This document shows positions 1-11,400 of a stretch of DNA of 64,000 bases, piece after piece. The position numbers were made by a program, and so were the translations under genes. The notes beneath the pieces were generated by a model. It did not search any database and was not told the DNA's origin. It was given only the letters and a program-made list of their open reading frames with translations. Origin of the DNA: Mizuhopecten yessoensis (lineage: Eukaryota); contig NW_018407747.1 of the NCBI RefSeq assembly GCF_002113885.1, forward strand, positions 457,654 through 521,653, read 5' to 3'. How positions within the stretch are numbered: the stretch's first letter is position 1; each line of letters opens with the position of its first letter.

Positions 1-2187
1 CAAGCATAACTCACATAACCAAACATTAACACCCGGTATTACAGAGAGCACTGGAGGATAGAAGCCTTGGTATTACCAGATAAAATTTCATTTGTAGATC
101 ATAAACACTACCCTATAATCAGACAAGTTTGTAAGTTCACAAAGATAGTCAATTAACCAATGAAAAAGATTACCTTAAGAAATTCCAGATTTTTTAGGAG
201 AGAAAAAAAAGAATGCTTTTAACGTAACAAGATGGTTTTCTCCGACATTTAAAATGCTGTGCTATAGTGTTTCCTTTCTCTGCCCGAGATCTGATTATGT
301 TGCCCTGTACAAGATTAATACCTTGGAATTTCTACCTCCACAAAAAAAATCCTTCACTCTTAACTCCCATAATGATGGATTTATTTGAACTTAGAATTAG
401 ACAGATTTACCAAAATCAATTCATCCTTCATTCTCATAACGGAATAATTCAATCAAAGAAAAGGTACCTCCAATTCACAGGGGAGATAGGATTTAATCAA
501 GACAAAAACATGCCTAATCTCTGAGCTCCAAGTCTATCAATTGTACCAGAGAACTACACAGCTAATGAACCCCAACGTCAGAATTACCAGGTTTCTAGGA
601 AATTAGGCAATGTAAAATTCCTCCTTTCTGTAGTATCTCTAAGAATTCTTAGTGGAAGACACAAATTTACAGCTGATCATGAATGAGGAATCTAACTCCA
701 AAACAGACTAACTGCTGATAAGATCGACAGTGTTGTTTTATCTACAAGTGCAATGCAGGAACTTCCTACTGTTGCTAAATACAGGATGAACACAATAAAC
801 CCCGCCGCCGCCGATATGTTCCGCAGTACACACACGGTCCAAACGTCTGACCACATTCACAAAATTCCAACCAATACCGAACTCACCGACAAATTGATCT
901 TGTTTTCTGTCAGACAGGAAGAGGAAAGTAAGGAGGTTCAGGCAGACAGCTGATGACATCTACTGACAAGACCTGTGTAGGAATTTCTACAGGATTCCAA
1001 GCGTGCTGATGTCGTAACGACACCGCATATATATGCTTTCATGACAAAAATACCCATTATTTTCTTGTTTTCTTTCATAACTTGCCAAATTCACAACTAG
1101 AATATTAACCACACACAAACACCAAATCTTAAACACAGGCAAATTATCTTTTCTGATTTAATGATCTCACTGAACAAATAAAATAAATGTCCGACCGTTT
1201 TCTTCCCAGTATGATAAATAAACTCTCTCAGTGTCGGAAGCTTATGCAGGGGTTCATTCTATCTCCCCCTGCCAAGCCTTATCTAACGCTATCTATACGA
1301 AACTCTTTAACAGAATTTCATTGTACAGTCGCCCCAGACGGGTGTTGTCTGCGGCTTACACTGAGACCCATGCACAAGACAGGATGCATGACTAGCTACG
1401 ACTAACATTCATCATTCTAACGTAAATAAATAGATTTACAGCGCAAAACATGCAGGCAAACACAAACATCGTACTTAAACCACAGAAATCATGTGCAGTT
1501 CAGAGTATTGCCAGCACAAGTTACAGTAAAGATATTTCACAGACCACATTTAAGTTTTCTTAATCTCTTTCAAAGCTTCTTGTATCTCACTCTTGTCAAA
1601 ATTGAAGGGATTGTTATATTATTTTAATTTCTTTTGCATATTATTAAAAGTAAAAAAAAAAAAAAATGTTTGTTCAAATTTCATTGACAGAAATTCAGAC
1701 CATGACGCAAAACAATAGTTCAGTCTCAATAAATTCAGCCACCTTTGTTCCCAGCGAAACACCGCTAGGATTCAGTTTGATAGAAATATATCAATCTGTC
1801 CCCTAAATCCCTGGCTCAATAATGGGGCAATAGTGGGACAAAGGGGTTAGTGGTGGCTGGATTCACTGGACTAAATTAATACCCTGGAAAGACTTGTGCA
1901 AGGCAACATCTCACTGGTACCATGCCAACGTAAATCAACAAAGAATAAAAAGGAGTCGAAAAGAATTTACAGCACCATCAAAGCGCAACAGAAATAGATG
2001 AAATTTTTTCAAAAAAATCATAAACAAATTCACAATTATAATGAATAAAGAAAAAAATATTCACTTCAAATAAAACAACGAGCATTCTCTTTAACAAAAT
2101 AAAACTGCAGCTTTTGAAATGTTTTTTAATGAAAACACTTTTACTTTTTACATCTCCACTAGCCACATTACCCATCATGCCTCTTAC

Positions 2188-2435
2188 CTGGATGTCGTAT
2201 TCACCACCTGGTACTGTCTGACCGCCAAACTTGATGTTGATTGTGTAGGCGCCGGCAACTTGCGGGGTGAAAAGGAGGCTGAAGGTACCATCAGGGTTCT
2301 CCACGATATCGATGTCAATATCGTTGCCACTTGGGCTACGGATGCGACAGGTGACTTTACCATCTCCGGCCTGAGAAGCGTCCACGGTAATCACGGTCTC
2401 CTTGTTGATCGGTACAAATTTGTTGTCAAGCCCCT
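2188..2435 (-). CDS. FLNA: Filamin exon 23 (Ig15-like, last repeat before hinge 1)
   Basis: [30 protein letters not shown]...GGEYDIQ; donor CAG|GTAAGA; 248 nt. Confidence 0.94.
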
Positions 2436-5400
2436 CTGTAACATTGATCAATTCAATCAACAATCAATGTCTGTCAGTTTAAAACTCAAATCAGTAACTA
2501 CAGTCAAATCTGTATTACGAGACCATTAAATGGAAACCTCAAGAATGGTCTCTTAACAGAGGTGGTCTACAAACAGGGTATTAATATACCTGTGTAGTAA
2601 TTTCATTTGTTTGGATGAGAAAATGGTGGTTTGTTCAAGACAAGCTTGCTAAATAGGACTGATGCCTTTTCTGCAACTATAACTATAGTTCATGGAATAT
2701 AAACGGGTCTTCTTATAGAATCGTAGCATCTTTACACAGTAGAGATACCTGAGAGACTGGCCACATATATATATTTCTGTGATAATGTTTAAACACGATA
2801 ACATTGTGAAAATGATTTCATTTTCCATTTTTAATTTTTCACACAGCTAAACGCACCTGTGATTCTACATTTGCTGGCGTCTCCAGTGGGCAAGGCCTTG
2901 ACCTTGAAGGGCGAGTTGGGGACGTTCTTTCCTCCAAACTTGACGTTGATCTTGTACAGTCCGAGGTCATCAGGGATGTAGGACACTGTGAAGGTACCGT
3001 CACCGTTGTCCTGGACAACGGGGCTGATGTATGACCCATCTGGTCTCTGAGGAAGCAAACAGAAGTATGAGTCAGTCGACCAGCTACACAACCAATAAAA
3101 TCATTCAATATTCTTTCTAAAAGACAATGAAAGTGCAAAAGACAAATCTTTAAAAAAACAACACTATTGCTTCACAATATACGAGACTATCGAAATACAG
3201 CTTAATGATATCAAGGAGTTACAGCTTTTGCTATCCATCCAAACTCAAGATTATTTCATAATTATCAAGAAACAGATGCTATATTAGAGAAAGCTAAGTT
3301 TCATTTTATCTAAAAAAAAAAATCAAAACTTTTACTTAAACCAAAACACCTGGAATAATGAGGTTCTTAATTTCTTTTGACCTCATTAATCCTACTTCCC
3401 AGTATCAGATGTTTCCCTACGTAGACACAAACGCTAGTTCACCAAGTTACTACAAAGTACATTACGTAAGTTACAGCCTAACTTATTTAAAGTTTCAAAG
3501 AAAAAAAAATGAGACGTTTATCAATCTGTCTGTTCAAATTGATGAAATCTTTCCACTGTGTTTCTATTTCTGTCCCGACTAATTTGTTTACCGATTCATA
3601 TAAAGTTTTCCTGTAACCACCTGGATTCTATCACCCTACAAGTCCAATGTAATTCCATTTACATACAAGACGCCAACAAATATTACAATGGTGTTTTTCA
3701 TCCGGTGTTAATGGTGTATATTCTAGCACATTACACATTTTTGCAAATGTACACTTGGGACGAGGAAATAATAGCAATGTTCTTCAGCATTCTTTGAATT
3801 CAATCTACATATTTCAGATATTTTGGGGCATTCACAGAAAAATAATTCAAATTTTAGACAAAAAATAGCAAAATCTACTTTCTCAATTACTGTTACTCAC
3901 TTTCTCTTTGTGAGAGATTAATTTTTCGTGTAAATTCATGAAAAGTCTCAAATTTTTATAATTTTCTGTGATTCAATATTTCCTTTCAATGCAGTAGCCA
4001 TATTCTAGTAGTTGAAACTTTCGGAGCTACGTGCCTCCCCATAGCTGTTGTCTAATAAATGTGGCCCTACAAAACCCTATGTATCAAACACCATAACTTT
4101 GGCACGTGGCCAACATTCTTAAAAGTAATGCACAGTGTGTGTACAATTTAACAGCAGGAGCCATTCGCCTCAGTTGTGATGTTACGCCGCTAAGGCCAAA
4201 AATGAGAGAGATGAGGTCCGCCTGTGTTTGAAAGCTTTGTAACATTTTATCCTTGTTTCCACTTCTGTAACTCATTATTACAGGGAAGCTTGACAACCGG
4301 TCCGAGTAAAAATTACTTAGGAAATGGAGCGTGATTTACGACAGGTTTCCGTAAGAATTCGAGTGATGGATGGTTTTCGGAATTAACCCCTTTCCCTGGC
4401 AGAAAGATGGACCAGTGATAGAATTAACCTGTTTCCCTGCCAGAAAGATGGACCAGTGATAAAGTTAACCTGTTTCCCTGGCAGAAAGATGGACCAGTGA
4501 TAGAATTAACCCCTTTCCCTGACAGAAAGATGGACCAGTGATAGAATTAACCCCTTTCCCTTGCAGAAAGATGGACCAGTGATAGAATTAACCCCTTTCC
4601 CTGGCAGAAAGATGGACCAGTGATAGAATTAACCCCTTTCCCTGGCAGAAAGATGGACCAGTGATAGAATTAACCCCTTTCCCTGGCAGAAAGATGGACC
4701 AGTGATAGAATTAACCCCTTTCCCTGGCAGAAAGATGGACCAGTGATAGAATTAACCTGTTTCCCTGGCAGAAAGATGGACCAGTGATAGAATCAACCTG
4801 TTTCCCTGGCAGAAAGATGGACCAGTGATAGAGTTAACCCCTTTCCCTGGCAGAAAGATGGACCAGTGATAGAGTTAACCTGTTTCCCTGGCAGAAAGAT
4901 GGACAAGTGATAGAATTAACCTGTTTCCCTGGCAGAAAGATGGACCAGTGATAGAATTAACCCCTTTCCCTAGCAGAAAGATGGACCAATGATAGAATTA
5001 ACCCCTTTCACTGGCAGAAAGATGGACAAGTGATAGAATTAACCCCTTTCACTGGCAGAAAGATGGACCAATGATAGAATTAACCCCTTTCCCTGCCAGA
5101 AAGATGGACCAATGATAGAATTAACCCCTTTCCCTAGCAGAAAGATGGACCAGTGCTAGAGTTAACCCCTTTCCCTTGCAGAAAGATGGACCAATGATAG
5201 AATTAACCCATTTCCCTGGCAGAACGATGGACCAGTGATACAGTTAACCCCTTTCCCTGGCGGAAAGATGGACCAGTGATAGAATTAACCTGTTTCCCTG
5301 GCAGAAAGATGGACCAGTGATAGACAATAGGGAGACTGATACCATTACTAACATTTACATCATTAGGGAGGTGGTGAAAGGTCAAGGTCATTCACTATAC

Positions 5401-8400
5401 ACGGTAACCCTGTCACCACCTCTGTGTTAATCTGACTTAATTTGAAACAATTTTAGGTTAAAATGTGGGCAGAAACACTAGCTCAATCTTTTAACCAACT
5501 TTATAAAAAGACTGAATAAGGGGAGGCAAATCCTGTACAGGATTGGAATATTTCATAGCTAGTCAAGGGGAAAAAAACTCCTGAATAACAGACAATGCAA
5601 CTAATTACAGAAATAGGGAGGTAACTTAAAAATGTATAAATATATATTAACTTATACAAATAGTAAAAAATCTGTAAAAAAAAATCCACTTTTATTTAAC
5701 CAGATATAAAATAAGCACTTTATTGACTGACCCATCAATTACTGAAACAAGGTTTGTATTTAGATACTTACCATTACAGTGACCTCAAGGTCACCCACAC
5801 CAGCCTCGCTGGTATCGATGGTGAAAGTGACTGGCTTGCTGGCGTGGATATTTGGTCCAACTCCTGATCCTGTGACGAGAACGCGGTTGGGGTCACAAGT
5901 CGGTAGCACTTGCATAGCAAATGGACTGTCGGGGGAAAAAAAATATTATTTCATTAGTAGTTGTACATCTGTCTCTAAAAACAAACTAGTGTTGACGGAA
6001 AGACAGTAATATTTTGATCTAATATAAGCACAAATGAACTTGAAATCAATTCGTGTTAATTGATTAAATGTTTCAAACATATAGACATCACTTAGCATTC
6101 ACTGAGTAAAGTGAAAGTAGAAGGAACAACAGTTTTACAAGATTAATTTGACAGGTGGGTATTTGATATCTTTAGGGTTCAGTGTGGGTATGTCTTTTTT
6201 TCTTTTCTTCAAGTTTCTTACCTGCCAGGAACCTGTTGGTCAGCGTACTTGACCTCGACCTTGCACTTGCCCTCTTCCTGGGGGAAGTAGGTAGCATTGA
6301 CCTTACCCTCACTGACAGGTTGCAGTTCTGCTGGACGTTTGTTTCCTGAAACCACAATAACTTGTTAAATACGATTTTTAAAAGAAATGTTTTGAACAAA
6401 ATTTCAAGTTCAAAATGTTTTTTATGTTAGAATTGGCAACTTTTCTATTGAACAAGTAATTGCTAGCGTAAAGAAGATATTTTTTTCGTGTAAACAACCT
6501 TATCAAATACAGCTTAAAACTTCTCTAATTATGAGTTTGTATTGACCGGTGGTCAATATTACCTTGGTTGTCAGTGTAAGTGACCTGCAGGGGAGCCTCT
6601 CCGGCCTCAGTTGTGTCCACGGTGAAGGTCGCTGGAGAGCCTTCGCGGACGCCCTTGCTGTCCAGTCCAGGGCCGTAGCACTGGACCTTGGCGGGGTTCA
6701 CTGGGTTCTTGATTCCAACATGGAACGGTGAGCCTGGAAAGGGATGCAGACAACTTATAGCTATATCATCTAAGGAGCAAACCATTTTATAGTTACTGTA
6801 TAAAAGGTAAAAAATAAACTTTACATGCATTAAGGGAAAACAGAAACCGAAGTAACACAATACTGCATTGTGTTCAACGTAGTGTAGGGGAGATAACTCC
6901 CACTTACCATTATCTAAATCAATATGAAAAATATACCCAGAAGAATTACATTGCCAACTATGAAACATTTATATAAATAGCTGTAATATTTTCCAAATGA
7001 AAAGTTCACTAACCAGGAATATTTTAAAGAGTCAAAAGCAAATATAAAGTTTTGATTCACATTTCCAAATTTTGGAAAAAAAACTAATTTCAGTATGTTC
7101 AACTGTAAGTTGGCTGGGTTGTCAGAATAGATTGTAAAGTTTCCATTTTCTATAGGATGGGAAGTCTGACATCAGAAAAATTGCACTCTACCTGGGATAG
7201 GTTGGTCAGCGAAGCTGATGTTCACATCATAGTCCCCGGGTTTTGTTGGGAGGTAGTCAACAGTGAGAGTGCCGTCGCGGTTGTCATTACAGTTTATCTG
7301 TGCCTCTACGGGTCCATTGATGGCAAGCCCAATGCCACCCTGTCCAGCGTTCTTGACGTCAACAGTGAACTGCTGGGTGTCGCATGACAAACCACCCTCA
7401 AGTCCAGGTCCGTAAGCCCTGACACGGCTAGCGTCGTTTCCAGGAACTGTGTTCACCTTGAAAGGACTCTTGGGGATCGGCATGTTGTCGTAAGTGACAT
7501 CGATGGTTGTTGGACCTGTCAATCAATCAAAGAATCAGGTTAATCACTCTGTAACACTAAAACTTTTTTCTACTCTTTTTTTTTTATTAAAATTTTAAAT
7601 GCAATATTTGGCAATTTTTTCACTTTGCATATTTGAATTTGATGACTTCAGTTTTTGTAAACATTTTCCTAGTGACTTTTCGTAGATTTGATCTCGCATT
7701 TTTTGGTAACAACTACAGGAACATTAGATGCGACCCACTGGTTCATATACAAGAACCAAACAATCACATCTTTTGTGTTCTTTATCACAGCTGAACTGAC
7801 CTTTCTATAAACAAGCCATTTGGATTAACATGTCTCGCCTATGCCCCGCTTTGACCATCAATGCACATATCAGAGAAACTAACTTAAACACAAAATCTTA
7901 ATGTTGATTGAGATGCTGACAAAGTCAATGGACCATGAAAGGTAGGCTGCATCCAGCATTTAATGCATGGAAATTTAATGCATTTGATGCCGGAAAATCA
8001 ACACTTAAGTCTCACTTCCACTTTGGGGCAGCGAGACAAAAACAAATCTCTATACAGTTACCCTTTTCTTAATAGATTTGATGAGAATAAAAATATCAGT
8101 ATGGAAGAAATCTGTCTTCTACAAATTTCCATTCCAAACAATAAGTGCACACACCTTGTTCCTCTGGGGTGTAGAGAACGTTGTAGGTACCGTCCTTTTT
8201 GTTGGTGACAATGCTGTCGTGCTTGGTTCCGCTTGGGCTTGTGACAATAGCACGGATGTTTCCCTCTCCAACAGGTGTGACGGACTTGGCATCAACGGTG
8301 AACTCGGAAAGAGATTCCAAAAATACACCTACAAAAAACATGCACAATTACATTTAAAAAGTTTGACACAAAAATCTGTAGTTTCAATATTTTTAATAAT

Positions 8401-11400
8401 GAAAGCAATGCATGATGAATAAATAAATTTAATCTATTAGTTTTCAAAATTAAGTTTTCCACTTATGAAGAATGCATCATCTACATTTCGTATAAAATAT
8501 TGTCATAATTGCAATTACTTTCCTTAGAAATTTTCATTTTTCATTTCAAGTTCCTATGTAAAACTTCTCTTATTTTCAATCACTATCAACGTTGAAAAGA
8601 AAAAAACACAGCAAGGGAGGTAACTGTATTTTGCAAGCAACATTTCAATTAATATCCATTATAGTTAATCCATTAATATTTTAATCCACATATGTTTACC
8701 ATTAATGCAGATTTATCACTAAAAGTCCATTGAAGATAAAACTCAAACTTATTAATATTCTTATCAAACATTAATGTACATGTATATTTATTTATTTTGT
8801 GCACTGTTATACAATATATATTTGTCCAAGCAGCAAATCCAGCTATTAAATGCAAGATAGCTTTCAATTTTAATTTGTAAATTTCAAATTTATGTATCAC
8901 CATGATCCAATCATCCAGTTTTCACAAATCAAACCAAAACTTAATCAAATTTTGTTGTGGTCATCCTAACAATTGGTCAAACTTGGTCAAATTCCATTAA
9001 GGCTTCGTGTGCAGGGTTAGTTAAAAATTTAGATAAAATGCATATTAGTCAATTTATTAATTATTTAAAACACATATAAGGACATTATTCGAAGTAAGTC
9101 TCAAATCAAATGCAAACTTCGAATTTTATTTTACCTGTATTCTGTATAAGCATTTATAATGCAATAATTTTTTATACAGTAGAATTATGAAGAATTGTGT
9201 ATATATATGGTGCATAAAATATACATATAAATTTGTCAAAGCAGCAAACAGCTATTGAATGGCAGATTTTCTTTCTTGTCTTTATCAGAAAATCATCCAT
9301 ATCTTTTTTCAAAAAATGTTTTTCACCAGAAGGATGCAAATAAGGTCTGTTAAAATAAGGCTTTATATATATTTTAATGATCATGTAAAAATTGGAATTT
9401 GCATAGAGGCAATTTACATGGAGACATATATTGCCCCGGCTTTTATGGTGAAGCTGTAAATAAATGCTAGAATACATTTAATTTTGTGTAATAGATGTAC
9501 CCATATTTAATTAAAATTTCTACTGGGGTTTTGCATTAATGGCCAACACAAATACACACACACTTAATTCATAGCATTGTTACTGAAGTTCATGTGTATA
9601 TATACAGCTTAACCTTGTCGGTCTGGACATTTTAACTTTCAGAAGAAAAAATTTATAANGGGGGGGGGAATCATATTATTTTTGAGTCCAGTCAAACAAG
9701 GTATTACTGCTGCATCAAGTTAAGGGCTAAATGTTTGTATTGAAACGACAAACAGTCACAGTTAAACACGAAATTAATGGTCAAATTGTCAACAGGCAAA
9801 TGCACACAGTTAGAGTGATAGGGGAGACTGTTGTTAGGGCTACAGACTTGTCTTTAGAGCTTTGGTCATACAATCCATAAATTGTTTCAAATGATAGACA
9901 GAAATAATAAAAGGAAATATCTGAAACTGGAGAGTTCAAGCATGCCTACATGTATACCGCAAACTTTTACTTGATAAAGAAAATTTGGCCGAATATGCTG
10001 CAAGCAATCATTTTTCTATTTAAAACTTATTTCTAGTTCTACAAATATGAATCATACACTCACTTTGTTACCAACTCCATTCAGCAAGAAATAATTTCGA
10101 TTTTTTAATTTTTTATATAGAAGTAGATAATTGTAACTAACAATTATTGATTTTTTTTTAAATGATGAAAGTACCAATAAATCAGTACAATAAAATCGTA
10201 TCTTGACAAGCCAGCCATGCAATCGGCTTAAGTATTCATTCCATTTACTCATTCCCCCATCTCCCATGCACTGCAAACTACCTGAAAGTCTAAATAGTAA
10301 GAAAAAAGAAGGAAAATGCAAACCAATCTACTATACTGAAAAGACAAGCTGAAAATATTAGATGAATTTCAAGCAAGCTACAGCATGTTTAGACCTTGCA
10401 CCCCTCCTGGTAGACCAGTCTATGATGCAGACCATACCATTTCACAATGAGGAGGGGTGTTGGCGGCCATGATATATGCTTGGCTTCGCTCGATTATTAT
10501 AACAGGCACGCAGGGAATATTAATGAGTAAAGGAAATTCATCCAAACAAATCCATGCGTAGCAATGCATTATGGGTAGGATGATTACCCTTGGGATTGAG
10601 ACCGGGTCCGTAAGCTGTCACTCCACTAAGATCCACCTTGGGTCCGGGCTCAATCTTGGCACGGAAGGGCGAGTTTTTGATTGGCTGTTCGGCATACGTG
10701 ATATTTACTTTGTATTCTCCCTCCTCGACGGGCATGTAGGTGAAGTTACATGTTCCATCGCCATTGTCAACGCAATCGATCTTAGCTTCCTTGGGTCCTT
10801 CCACAGTTACGCCGAGACCACCGGGAGTAGTTGCCTCCCTTGTATCCACAGTGAATGTGCAAGGCTGGTTGGATTTGCCTCCTTCCAAACCTGGACCATA
10901 TGCTTTGACCTTGTCTGAACCATCTGGCTGGACATCGACCGTGAATGGTGATTTAGGTACCTCCTTTCCGTTATAGGCAACATTGACCTTGTGCGGTCCG
11001 GGTTCCAACAAGGTGACTGATGCAGTGTATCCCTGGGGAGTTTCCTTTACTGGAATGTCCTTTTTGGTTCCGGATGGGGACACTACAAAAAGCCTGGCTG
11101 GAGTGTCAGACTTACCAGCTGCTGTGGTTACGATATCTACCTGCCTTGGTTCTTTGACCTTCATTGCTACAGCGTAAAGAAAATTTTAAATCATGAAAAT
11201 GTACATTGAACCCATCACAAAAACACATAAAACCTATACCTTTTTTATCCTCATACATTTCTTTCAAATTCAAAATATTTCTTTTTTTGGTTATTTTTTC
11301 ACAAAAATGAATAATTGGTAATTTCTTCTGTGACGGGTTGAACACTTACGTTTGTCCAGTCCAAGGACATTGACTTTAGCAACGTCAATCTTTGGTCCAG

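Noticed and set aside
2119-2529. Plus-strand ORFs overlapping exons (also 10571-10918, 13996-14379, 21322-21606, 61845-62099)
   Set aside because: Antisense shadows of filamin codon usage with no independent homology.
2436-2856. Homolog of the human FLNA 24-nt alternative exon in Ig15
   Set aside because: The intron position is similar, but no AG-exon-GT candidate of suitable phase was found.
4380-5322. CRISPR-like array
   Set aside because: No unique spacers; it is a contiguous tandem repeat in a eukaryotic intron.
9135-9141. 7-nt AG|AATACAG|GT microexon, and an 8-nt one at 10282-10289
   Set aside because: Both shift the frame and have no other support.
8812-9272. Degenerate duplication of about 50 bp (TTTGTC.AAGCAGCAAA..CAGCTATT)
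   Set aside because: Old local intronic duplication with no evident function.
9659-9668. N bases next to G/C homopolymers (also near 19239 and 42690)
   Set aside because: Sequencing or assembly ambiguity rather than biology.
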